Positions 1 through 13,287 of a stretch of 64,000 nucleotides of DNA are shown piece by piece; position 1 is the stretch's first letter, and every line of letters begins with the position of its first letter. The stretch covers positions 31,062,001 to 31,126,000 of the forward strand of contig NC_135883.1 of the NCBI RefSeq assembly GCF_964194155.1, written 5' to 3'. Both the position numbers and the translations under genes were made by a program. Source of the stretch: Cetorhinus maximus (taxonomy: Eukaryota). A model generated the notes under the pieces. The model searched no databases and was not told the origin of the DNA. It saw only the letters and a program-made list of their open reading frames with translations.

Positions 1-3000
1 TTGTATGTTCTCTCAACCTCTGCTCTTGTGTGCTCTGATCAGCTGATCGTTCAGGACAGGGCTTGGACTCATTACTCTTGAGTTTCTTTCATGGATCTGC
101 CAAAGCTGGGGGTAGTGATATTTAAGAGGCAGGTCACCAATGATCGACAAGCAAGCATCCAAAACTACAGGCCTGATAAAAGAGAGTTTGAAGTGTTGAA
201 CAACACAATATCAGCATAATGAAATAAGTAATTAAAACGCTAAATAATTCTCAACAAGACAATACACAAGTTGTTGCTGAGCTGCTGATGTATGACGTAG
301 ATTGCTGAGTCAAATCACCATGGCACAACGCAACTATTTTTATATCTGTTAATGTCAAGTGACAGGATTTTTAACATAAAAGCCTGGCACAGCACTACCT
401 ATATGCTTAACAAGTACTACATCCAAATGTTGATATTTTAAAATGGATTCAGATGTGATGCTGCAGCCCACTCAAAAATTTTAATATATAATGGATTGAA
501 TACATACATTACAATAACTAGTAAATGAAAGGTTTTTTTTAAACTATCAAATGATAGCAATTTACAAATTGTGCCAAGTTTTATTAATGGGAACAACGTA
601 ATGGTTTAGGGGTTAATGAAATAAAGGCTTCCAATGCAAAGAAAGTCAATTACTGATGAGATTTAATGAAGCTTCAACAGTTTTTTTTAAAAGCTCTCTT
701 CAATTTACTTTAAGTACCAAGTAAGTTTAGTTCAGCTTAAAATAAAACTAAGTCCAGTAACAAACTCTTACAGTGCCGTGGTCAACTTTCTCACATGGTG
801 ACATTAGTATAAATGCACATCATACAATTTCAGGCAAACTTAGATGTCTCTAAAAGACAGCTAGTAAATCTATGAAATCAATCTTCTTGCTACCTTCTCC
901 TCCCCCACCCCTCAAATTATTTTTCACTGCTCCTACATCTCCACTCATGCACACCTTTCTATAGCTGAGAGAATGAGATAAAGATCTGCTTCAAGACTTA
1001 TGCCAACACAACTCTACAGTCAATTATTGGGAATTGCCTGGAGTTCAGAAAGCTCACCATTCAAGCAATCTTAAGTGCAGTTTCAAGTCCCATTGTTCAG
1101 TTCAGCATTCAGGATGGGAAAGGGAAAGGACACAGGATGGACTACAACTTGGAGGTGACTCAATACAAAGTTCAAAGCATAGCTCACTTCCTTTTGGGGT
1201 TTATAGGCAAAATGACTGAACTTTGCTTTAAGATACGCTAGTCAGGAACAGTCTGTGGAGGTTCACTAAAGTAATTTTCTTAAATATTAATGCCAAAATA
1301 AATGAGAACCTTATAAATGTGCAAGTTCTGTGGAAAATACAAATAAAATGGAAATTATAAGCACATCTGCAATTTAAGATACATAAGAAATGAAAACCAT
1401 ACAAATTTGGTATCAGCAAACCGCTAAATAAAAATGCATTCCAAAATAGTTTAGTAACATTTCATCCCAATCTGGTCACTGTCTTCAGGGGAAGAGGGCA
1501 GAAAATTGAAAGGCATTTAAAAAAAAATGAAAGGACAAAATTATGAATTAGTCATAACCCAACAAAATCTGCAGAATAATGCTGGATGTCATTTCACAGC
1601 CCTGATATTACTGCATTATTAACCGTATTGTGCTTATTTCCCATTATACCATAGTAGAATGTTAGATACAGTAAGTATTAAACTGGCTATTCCCACTGCA
1701 AACAATTCTTACCTTGATTTCTATTAAGAATTTCACACATGGAAATGTAAGTTAATGGTGGGATGCAATGCAACATACGGTATTATATTTGTCCCAGAGC
1801 TAGATTGCAAAACATCTCCAATTCCCCTAACCTCTCTCCATCAAAGGCACTAATTGAAGAAATTCAAACAGGGTTTTATGGAAAGGTTTGGCAAACCTGG
1901 GAGGCGACTTAGCGGCCAGGGGGAAAGAAGGAAAACAGCAAACAGCTAAATATACAGTGTCTAACTTGGAGGCAATCAAATCTATGAGCTCCTCACATTT
2001 CTTGTTAGAGATGAGGGTGGAAGGGTAGAGGAAAGTGGTTTAAAGTTTATAGATAAAAGAAACCTGGTGTTATTTTGGCCATCCAGGATGATCCTCAAGT
2101 AGCAGGCTGTTGTTGCAGATGAGCATGTAACCTAAGTGAACTTGATGTGGTCAGATCAGGTAATGGATGGCTAACACAACTGTATGCCAGATATGCTGAA
2201 GTTCACGTCCCTTTAACTTAATGGAGTGGACATGGAGGCCATAATGGAAGGAAACAACTAGATTGCAAAATATTGAAGCTTTTGATGGCAAAGATGGAAA
2301 TGATAGATCGATTGAAAGATCTGTACTCAGAACCAATGCTAGGAACCACAATTCAGAAATACTGTTTATAAGTGACTTGTGATGGGGGAGGAAGAGCTAT
2401 TCCCAGCGGTGAATGCCCAAGGATATGGTGGCAGAAAGCCTGGTCAGAGACCACAACCGCTGGGTATAAAAGAGAGACACCATGGGAGATGGGAATGTTG
2501 AAGAGGCAGCTGTGAGTACAAGTAGAAAAGTTTAGAATTCCCTCCTTAAACTTCTCCGTCTCTCTACTCCTGCTTAAGACACTCCTTAACATCTAACTCT
2601 TTGACAAAGCTTTTGGACATTATCCCAAATATTGTCCTTATGTGGATTGTTGTCAAGTTTTGTGTTATAACCATTTGTAAGCACCTTGTTGAAGGAGCTA
2701 TATAAATTCAAGCTGTTGTAATTGATTCAGAGGCTATTAAATAGCATGACAGGTTACCATGAATGTCTAGGCAGCAGTAGATGGAGGCATGAGAGAAATC
2801 ATTGGGGGTGGGGGAGGTGGTATATAATTTTACAGGGTAGCTGCTGAGTTTCCTACAACCCAGGTAACCTGGCCGCCTGACCTTAAAAATGGAATGACTG
2901 TTAAAATGAAGACAAGCAGCCTCATTCTAGTAGTTAAATGACCAAGACAACTGCAAGCTGCACAATCCTCATCCCGCCTTTGTTAAAACTAGAAATGGGC

Positions 3001-6000
3001 AGATTTGGTTCTCGTTTCAGATTTCTTGCAATTTAACCTCTGACACGGCCCCAACCCAGCCATTTTTGGAGTTAAGAATCAACCCAAGATTTCAGGGAGA
3101 AACTAATGGCAAAGGCAAATAGCAAATGGAGAGGTTCCAGTAAGAGGGAAGTGTTGCCATTCACATGCCATTTTTCAGTTAAAGCTAGGACAACAACATG
3201 ATCAGTACATCAACAGATGGTAGAGATCTTGTTTCTATATGGGCAGACATCCTGGAGGTAATTTGAGGAGGGGAAAACAGAATTGAAGGAGAAGTTGTGT
3301 CGTGCCATGATAGGAACCCTTTTGATCCTCCAGTTGGCTGTTGGATTGTGCCCACTGCAGAACCCATATCATGATAGGCTCTATAAACCATTCCAGAAAC
3401 AGAGGGCTGGATTTGATGCAGCCTGTTGTGACAGGAATCATGGCAACTGACCCACTGAGTCATGGAGCCATGAGTCACTGATTCCTGGCAGTCACAAAGC
3501 CTCGGCCAATTCAGTAGGAGGGCGGGAGGGGCTAACACAGGAAACCCAGCTGCTGGTAGCAGGATGTAAATTAGGCTCATTAATGAGCCGTGATACCCAT
3601 TACTCCTAAGCCCACCGCAATTTAGTGGAGTCACATGGAAGTTGCATGGCTTTCCCTTATCCCTGGAAGGTTGCTCAATAAGCCTTGTAGTCAGGCGCTG
3701 AGTGCTTATTACTTCATGCTATCCACCTACGTTACAGAATAAATTAAATGACAGTGGCATTGAGAAATAGGTAGCAGATGACTTAATGCACAGTATCTTA
3801 AACGGATTTAAAACAGATATCCAAAATGGTGCCTGAACATGAACAAATTGATTGCAGGGCAAAGCACTGTAGCAACAAACTGTGATCAACTGTATCCAAC
3901 AAGCAACTAATCTGATGTTGTAATTGCAACATTATGCAACAATGTCCAAAAAAGATTATAATAGAACTTGTATGGCAACACAGAAAACTAAAACCAATGG
4001 GCTTCCAACAGTGTTTTTACTCAGGAAGTTCAGCATCAGTGTGATGCCATTTCCTGTCTAATTCTATTCTAAGCCTGTAGAATGTAACTCTGGCACCAAG
4101 GCTAAAAATGTTTCTGAAGCAAAGCAAGATTCCTTCCTTCTGGTGTTTCTTTTCTCTTCACTGCAGTGGCAGGTCTGGCCCACTCCAGACTGAGATGCAC
4201 TCACACATTGACAGTAGTAGCGGTGTGAAAGATAGCCACTTTGCACTGTGCTACAGTTATAGAACAAGCTCACCTCAGAAAACTGGATTGCACAAATAGG
4301 TAGTTCTGCTGCAATCAGACATGGGAGGTGCACAGGGCAGGCTATATTTTCCATGCAGCATATTACAATTGCAATTGTGTTACAGCTTAGTGTACTAACT
4401 GGCACCAATGTTCCCTCTAAGCTGGACACATGCACAACAATGCAGCAACCCACAAGCTACCATCCAGGCTGCTCAAAAGTTGTATCCTTTAAGATACTGC
4501 TCATGTGTGGCCGTGCAAAAAAATTAAATGTATCAAGCACTGAAGTGAAAGGGGACACAACAAAAAAATGGAGAAAGGACTTTAACTGGCATTTGAACTT
4601 TGTGCCTATTTGTTCCAACCTCCTTCCTTTGCTATTATTAGCAAGGGAAGAGGTTACTTATAATGCTCCTGTATAGAGAAATACAGCATCAATACAACAG
4701 CTGAAGAGTCCCCCTTTTTTCAACATAAGGGCAGTAGGCATTCCCATGACTGCTTGTATGGATCCATGCTCTACAGCTATTATTATTGCACAATTCAAAG
4801 GCTGCCAGTTTTGTGCTAAATCATCTGGGCTGCAAAGAGATTAAGGTTTATGGAGGCATCAGGAGCAGGGAGTTTATCAGATTTCCATAAACTATTAATC
4901 AGGAATTTCAGCTGCATAACAGTATTACAGTATTCTGCTTATGTAAACAACAGTGAAAATTAAAATGTTTCCACCCGTTGGCTTTTGACTTTCCTTGCTA
5001 TGAAAATAAATGGATTACAAAAAAATCATAATGTCTTACTGTGCTGAAGGCAGAACCTAATTATATGTAAACAGATAGTTGTATTTTTAACAAGTTTTGT
5101 TGTACTTTTAGCCCTATCCTAAATAGCAGTGAATGAGTAACAGTTTAAAATAACAGTGGAATAGATGCTCTTTTGAAGAGGTCTGTGATCATTCAGATTT
5201 TAAATTTTTAAAATTATCTACGTCTAATTTTCAGGAAACAGAACTAGCCAATGTCAGCCAGTGCACCCAAGCTCCAAAGCCTTTCAATGCATTCTTCAAT
5301 GGTTCCTCTCATTCCTGGAATGGTTCATTGGGCACCAATGACCTTAACACTGGAACCTTCCATTAGCCAACAGATTCCATTCCTTCTAAAGCCAAACATC
5401 TGGTCAAGTTATCTTGATGAGGGCTGAGAGGGTGGATGGCAGGAGGAGGGGGACAGACAACAACCATACATAGATGACCACCTTGCACATAAACCTGTAG
5501 GCAGATATAAAGTTCATACTTCCAAATCAATTTTTTCCCCAAAATGTAAATTTTCTTCAGCTTTTTGTGGCAAAGTTAGCAAATACTGGTTAACTGTCAA
5601 GGGGAGAGATGGCCACTTTCTCATCTAATTACCAGGGGAAATAAAAGTGGTATTCACAGGTACACTGGACATTACTTCCAACAGCCACTGAATTTTCAAT
5701 CCTTCTCAATGTTTTACAGTTAACCCATTCCAATTTAACTCGCTGGTTTCCTGAAACTGCTGACTCTTGCATGTCCCACATTTATTAACATCCCTCTATC
5801 ACACAACCTTAGTGAACATAGCCTCGGGATTCTACAGTCTATTCAGCCGTGGAGCACATGAAGAAAGAGAGGAACAGAATAGAGTTCCCTACATAAACTA
5901 ATTTTATCAGTTACAATGATGAAAACTTTGCACTTTGCTGCCAGCACTGATTTACAATAGGCATTTCATCAGGTGGCCTAATAGTATTGATCTCTGAAAA

Positions 6001-8859
6001 GAAAGTATACAATTGTGACATTATAATATCATATAATTGGTCCCCATGCAAAACATTTCAGATGTTGACAAGTTCTGTGGACATTTCTAATATTCGTTTT
6101 CTTCCAATTATCATTTTAATTTCAATCAAGTCTTGGCTCACTACCGAAGATGAGCAGTATGGGATTTGGCTTCCAGCACTCCAATGTCATTGTACATCAT
6201 TTTAGAGTTTTGAGTTCTGGAATATATTGAAATAAGTTTACATTTAACTTTATTTAATGCATACATTTTACAAGGGAGAAGTTTTTGGGAGCATTCCATA
6301 AAACATTTCTTTAATTACCATGATCAGACAGTTTTTTTTTCAAAACTATATTTTGACTTGGGGATATCTAATACATACAAATCTGAACAACAGAAAACTA
6401 GCTGGAAGGCAGCAGCTCTAATTTCATTTCTAAGCTTGCCTCTAGTTATATTGAACTGATTTTCCTTACCATACTCCAATTAAGATGGGGATGTGCACGG
6501 ACTTATTAAATTGCCCTTGGGAAATATGTAAAAAAACAGACTTTGCAGTCAGTCAATTATCAAGAAAGGATGACAAGGAACATGATGTCTATACAACAGA
6601 GACTACTTATCAAAAATAATTTGTTGGCCGTAAAGCACTTTCTGAAGCGAATATAGATAGATTTATTTAGCTAATAAATAAATGCATATTATTTTCCTTT
6701 GTATCCTTTCATTTCTATTTATCAGTCCAGAATCTCAAGTCTTGCATGCTTTCCGATTAAAGCAGGTTAAATAATTGCAATCCCTCCTCAATTACGATTT
6801 ATCTTCCCCATCCATCCTCAGTTTTTTTTTTAAACCAGCTGTTCAGCTAAGGGCTAAATTTCAGGCAGCAGCTCTGCACAAACCAACTTTGAATTTAATA
6901 CAAGAGTCAGATCTAAAATTACCTAACCCTTAAAGAGTCCCAAGAACTGTAAACATAATTTCATCTTTGATCTACAGTAACCAGAAGCTATATGTAGAAT
7001 GTTCAATTATAAGCATACAATAGAAGTGAAGTAATCAACTTTACAACAGTTTTATGCAATGCAATCATTTGTAGAAAACAAAACATATTGCCTGCAACAA
7101 AATGAAAAGTTAAGGAATATCTAGATCTTTCATTCCGAAAACTGGGAGTAGTGTCCATATAGATTCTGTCAATTCTTATTAGAATTGAACAGTTCTATAG
7201 ATGCCAAGTGATCAAAATTTTTTACATTTTGAAAGCTGCAAAGGACAAAAGGAGTGCAGAAGATTTAAACAATTCACTATACTGTCATACTCTAAACTGG
7301 CTAAGGATCTGAAGTGGTTTACGTTGAATGAAAAGAGCTGCTGTTCACAGTCAAAGTAAAAAAAAAATACTTTCAAGAGAAGCATTACCTCTTATTCCAC
7401 TACTGAATAACTTCCTTCCAATATATGGCAGAGGTGCACAACACGAGGCCCATACGCTGATCCATTTCACACAGCCTTTGATGCACTGTTTAATTATTCA
7501 AAGGAACTGTTCCACCACTGCTGCATGAGAAATATGTACATAAGAAAACATCTTAGGGAAAAAAGGGCCATTTAGCCCATCAAACCCATTCTTTTCAGTA
7601 ACCTCATGTACTATCTCCACTATTTTAGACTGTAACTCACTTATTCAACTTCCTTCAGGAATGTACAGTTATTACAACATTTCGCCCGAATATAGTCAAG
7701 CAAAATACCAGTATATCAAGCTATCAATCTTCATTCTTTAGCCCTGGCCATTGCTTTCTATAGATGGCATATCTATTGCCAGTCAGTGCCAACAGTACAG
7801 GTTTCATTGCATTCCAACAATATACCATCATTGCAATATCTGATTACCTGTCTATACGTTAATCCTGTACTTAACCAAACACTTATCCAAATTTTTTATA
7901 AAGGAATGAAGCAACATAGTATTAATTGTGGTTTCTGGCAATTTGCTCCACAGGTCCATTAGTCCATCTGGGAAAAGTTGAACCATTGGTATGCTGCAAA
8001 GATTTCCTGTGAAGGAAGAATTTATTCTCTTTTGCCATATAATTGCAAAATGTATTCAACCGTTCTACAAATTATATGTTGATTGCCCCTAAGCCAATCA
8101 GATGTTCGAAAGTAGCTCAAAAATATGGATTATAGCTGTGGGTAATTAACAAATATCAGCTTTATATTTTAGGATTTGGAATAGTGGGAAGCTTTCAGTT
8201 GAGTTGAAATATAGTTGTTACATAGAAATTACAACATGGAAGCAAGCCATTCAGCCCAAGGTGGTGTTTATCCTCCATACAAGTAAGCTTAATCCCATGT
8301 GCCAGTCCTGTTTCCATATCCCTTTTTTTTCTTTTCTTTCAACCATTTATTTAACCTTTTAAATGATAACATGATCTATAGCTCAATAGTATTAGTGTAT
8401 TCCAGTCTCTCAACCCTGTTTCTTCTGTTCTTTGCCCTTAATCTCTTCCATGCCATCTTATACCAATGCCCTCTTAAATACTAGAAGCACTTTGTTTCTC
8501 TACTCTGCCTCATCCTTTCATTATTTTAAACGCTTATATCAAATCACCCCATAATCTCCTCATTTACAAAGAAAGCGACTGTACAACTTTCTTTGTAACC
8601 GCATTTCATTATGTCAAGCAGAATTGCACTGAATTTCCACTCTACACTGTATATTCCTTCAGCACCCTTCCTTCAACGCAGAGCCCAGAACTGGAAAAAT
8701 ATCCAACAGTTGGGTTTATATAGATCCGCCTTTCCATCTCAGCTTTTATATTACTTAACTCTTGCCATAAAAATTCTCAAATTTCTAAAGTAAATTTATT
8801 CTTCTTTGATGGATACTTCATCCTTTTGTTTTGTTCTCCTCTTACCTACCATCAGCATT

Positions 8860-9360
8860 CAACAACAACTTGTATTCATTTGTAATGTTATTTTGTAATG
8901 TAGCATTTGTAATGTAGTAAGATGTCCTAAGGCACTTCACAGGAGCAGTGTCAAACAAAATTTAACACTGAGTCACATAAGGGGGTGACTAAATGCTTGG
9001 TCAAAGAGATAGGTGCTCCTTAAAATCTTAAAGGCTGAGGAAGAGGTCAAGAAGCAAAGAGATTTACGGAGGGAATATCAGAGTTTAGGGCCTAGGCAGC
9101 TGAAGGCACAGCTGGCCATGGTGAAGCAATTAAAATTAGGCATGCATAAGAGACCAGAATTGGAGGAGGGCAGTATCTCGAAGGCTTGTAAGGCTCAAGG
9201 ATGATAGAGAGATAGTAAGGGACAAAGTCACAGAAGGATTTTTAAAGATGAGGTATTGCTGGATCAGGAGTTAAGGTAAGTCAGCAAGCAGAAAGGTGAT
9301 GGGTGAACAGAACTTGGTGCAAGTTAGGGTATGGGCAAAGTTTCTGATGACCTTCAGTTT
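8860..9360 (-). mobile_element. L2-type LINE 3' fragment
   Basis: Its reverse complement resembles 43045-43600. Confidence 0.65.
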
Positions 9361-10159
9361 ATGTAGACTGAGGAGCAACCTAAACTTAGATCACGTCCAA
9401 GGTACTCAAGCCAACCACTGAAAAATTCAAGAGTGGACTAAGGAAACTTGCAAATAATATTCTCACATATCCGGATTTTCATCCTCAGCCCTGCCTCATC
9501 GACTACGGACAGCATGACGGAATAGGAATTCTCCATAATTGGTAGGTGAGGATCCATATCTCACCATTCCTGCAATGTGTGCTGTTACATACAATTTTTT
9601 CTGGGGTTATCCATCAGTCCCATTTTTGCCAATGATCCCATATTGAAATCAACCCCATTCTAACTTTTATGGTTACACAATAATGTTCTGGCCCCTTTTT
9701 AAAATTTGTGTACCCATTAAGAGGAGGAATGCTAATGTTGCGGAATGACACTGTTCCTAGTTCACATATCCAGTGTGAGAATTAACCACTCCTAAGTGAT
9801 GCACATAGGAACTGCTGGATAAAAAAAGGCCAAGGGCCATCTAGTTCACCTTCCATCATCCTGGTAGTTAAATGATACAATAGTAAAAATTGTTGACTAA
9901 TCATAGCAATAAATACCCATCAACTAGTCTACAGTAAACTCAGACATGATGTGAGGAAAAACTCAATGACAAAGCGTTTTGGGAACCAGAGATCCAAAGT
10001 CACCTGTATCTCCTGAGCATGCTACCTTTGTCACACGTCATGTCTCATTACACATATGCTGTATGCCAAAAAGAAATCTATCTAATTTGCATTTGAATGT
10101 TGGGCTTTGGTACTGGACTTTTTGATTGTTGTCATGAGCAAAGTTTGCCAGTGTCCCTT

Positions 10160-10748
10160 GGCACCTAGCAGCCATCCCTTATTTCTGTTTCGAGGTCCGA
10201 AGAGATCAGGGAGCTTGGACTGCGCAGGATGGAAGCATCAGGGCAGCTGCCCAGGAATCTTGCACACACCTGCATAAAGAGCTTTTTTGTGATGGCACAC
10301 CAGCTGCAGATTGATGGAGTGGAAGGCCCTGCGGTTGACAAGTGCTCCTGGTTGTTCCAGGGGTGCCCAGGCTGCCACATGTCCAGTCGATGATACCCTG
10401 GCACCTGTAGAACGCCAGCCAGAGCTGAAAAGCTAAGCCCCTGCTCGTTCTGACTGGTGTCATTGCAGGCGAAGTTCACGTAATTGGTGGACCTGGTAAA
10501 CAACCCATCCATCACCTATCTTATGTATTTGTGGCTGGCCAACCAAGAGATCCTGAATATGTCTATAACAGAGCCCTGGAAGGATCCAGAGACAATATTT
10601 CTGAGGGCGGTGGTGACTTTGACAGCCACTAATGAGTGGCCAGCAGGCAGCAGGTCTTCAAGGAAGCTACAGATATCTAACAGCACCCGAAATGATAACC
10701 TGAGCCTCCTGAGCCACTGATGTTCAAACATTTGAAGGAAGCTCCACA
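10160..10748 (-). pseudogene. Harbinger transposase relic; its 5' part resumes at about 12890-12950
   Basis: FLQMFEHQWLRRLRLS…VAVKVTTAL…SGSFQG, QGIID and MQVCARFLGSCPDASILR. Confidence 0.8.
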
Positions 10749-12889
10749 GCTTCCAACCTCAGTCTCACAACCTCAGACAGCCCGCTTCTACCTCCTCCCC
10801 AAAATCCACAAACAGGACTGTCCCGGTAGGCCGATCGGGTCAGCCTGTTCCTGCCCCATGGAACTCATTTCTTCCTATCTTGACTCCGTTCTCTCTCCCC
10901 TTGTCCAGTCTCTTCCCGCCTACATCCGCGATTCCTCTGATGCCCTACATCAGATCAACAATTTCCAGTTCCCTGGCCCCAACCACCTCCTTTTCACCAT
11001 GGACATCCAATCCTTCTACACCTCCTGGGGGGGGGGGGGGGGGGTGGACGCATGGTCTGATGGGTCTCCGCTTCTTCCTTGAAGAGAGGCTCGAACAATC
11101 CCCATCCTCCACCACCACTCTCCTCCGTCTGGCTGAACTTGTTCTCTCACTGAACAATTTCTCCTTAAACTCCTCTCACTTCCTCCAAATAAAAGGTGTG
11201 GCTATGGGTACCCACATGGGCCCCAGTTATGCCTGTCTCTTTTTCGGGTATGTGGGAACATTCCTTGTTCCAGTCCTAATCAGGCCCCCTCCTACAACTC
11301 TTTCTCCGGTACATCGATGATTGTTTCGGTGCCACTTCATGCTCTTGTCTGGAACTGGAAAAATTTATTAATTTTGCTTCCAATTTCCACCCCTCCAACA
11401 CTTTCACATGGTTCATCACTAACACTTCCCTTCCCTTCCTTGACCTCTCTCTGTCTCAATTTCTGGTGATAGACTCTCCACCAATATTCATTACAAGCCT
11501 ACCGACTCCCACAGCTACCTCGACCACAGCTCCTCACACCCCGCTTCCTGTAAGGACTCCATCCCATTCTCTCAGTTAACTTCGCCTCTGTCGCATTTGT
11601 TCTGATGATGCCACTTTCCAAAACAGTTCTTCTGACATGTCTTCCTTCTTCCTTAACTGAGGTTTCCCACCCACAGTGGTTGACAGGGCCCTCAACCATG
11701 TCTGAAACATCTCCCGCGCCTCTGCCCTCACCTTCCTCTCCCTCCCAGAACCATGATAGGGTCCCCCTTGTCCTCACTTTTCACTCCACCAGCCTCCGCA
11801 TTCAAAGGATCATCCTCCGCCATTTCCGCCAACTCCAGCATAACGCCACCACCAAACACACCTTCCCTTCGCCTCCCCCGTGTCGGCATTCCGTAGGGAC
11901 CGTTCCCTCCTGGACACCCTGGTCCACTCCTCCATCATCCCCAACACCTCAACCCCCTCCCACGGCACCTTCCCATGCAATCGCAGAAGGTGCAACACCT
12001 GCCCCTTTACTTCCCCCCTCCTCACCGTCCAAGGACCCAAACACTCCTTTCAAGTTGCACTTCCCTCAATTTAATCTACTGCATTCGCTGCTCCCAATGC
12101 GGTTTCCTCTACATTGGAGACACCAAACGTAGACTGGGTGACTGCTTTGCAGAACACCTTCGGTCTGTCCGCAAGCATGGCCCAGACCTTCCTGTTGCTT
12201 GCCATTTCAACACACCACCCAGCTCTCATGTCCGTCCTGGCCTGCTGCAATGTTCCAGTGAAGCTCAACGCAAACTGGAGGAACAACACCTCATCTTCCG
12301 ATTAGGCACTTTACAGCCTCCCGGACTGAATATTGAGTTCAACAACTTCAGATCATGGACTCTCTCCTCCATCCCCATCCCCTTTCCGATCCCTTTTTCA
12401 AATATTTATTTTTTAATTTTTATATATTTTTTCCCACCTATTTTTTATTATTATTTAAAAAATTTATTTCCATTTTTATTCATTTTTAATCCCCACCTTT
12501 TAGCCTATTTTGATCTCTTTTCCCACACCGTCCCCTCCCCCCACCCCACCCCACCCCCACTAGGGCCATCTGTCACTTGCTCATCCTGCTTTCTACTCTT
12601 AATGTCACCATTAGCACCTCCTTTAGCCAATATCACCACCATCAACACCCCTTTGCCCTTTTGTCTATGACATCTTTTGCAATCTCTCCTTTGCCTCCAC
12701 CTATCACTGGCCTTCTATCCAGCTTCACCTGTCCCACACCTCCCCCCCCCTTAAACAGTATATATTTCACCATTTTTACTTCTCTTTAGTTCTGAAGAAG
12801 AGTCATACAGGCTCAAAACGTTAACTCTGTCTTTCTCTCCACAGATGCTGTCAGACCTGCTGAGTTTTTCCAGCACTTTTTGTTTTTGT
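10749..12889 (+). mobile_element. Penelope-like element, 5'-truncated (RT + GIY-YIG), degraded
   Basis: ARFYLLPKIHK…PGRPI, FTMDIQSFYT, GVAMGTHMGPSYA, RYIDD and NLIYCIRCSQCGFLYIGDTKRRLGDCFAEH…LGTLQPPGLN. Confidence 0.92.
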
Positions 12890-13287
12890 CTCTGCCTGCG
12901 GAAACTGTTTGGTGGGTTATGCTTCCTGCTAGTTGCACTTCTCGGCCTGTTTCTTCTGCAGACACAGGTCTAAACTAAAGCAGCATAAGTTGCATCCATC
13001 CTGAAGTGACTGCAAAAATCTCCACATGTAGAAAGTAACCTCTCAGCAAAAGCATAACGAACAAACTCTTTCACGAGCAAGAAAGGAGCTGTGAGCACTG
13101 AGCATTCATTGGCATATATCTGACATAGATTTTGCCTCCTCAACTGCTGCCGTGTCTTCACCCTGCTTTCAGTGGCGAGTTTCAGGAAGCCTGGGAAGCC
13201 CTTGGGCCACTGTTACTGCTATGACACTTAACAGTGCGCAGGAGCCTGGAATATATCATGCAGACCTTGTTTCAGGTTAAATATTGT

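Noticed and set aside
1-10100. Short ORFs and possible RNF144A coding exons
   Set aside because: I found no RING/IBR Cys-His pattern or exon-like signal. The region is AT-rich intron-like DNA with old repeat debris.
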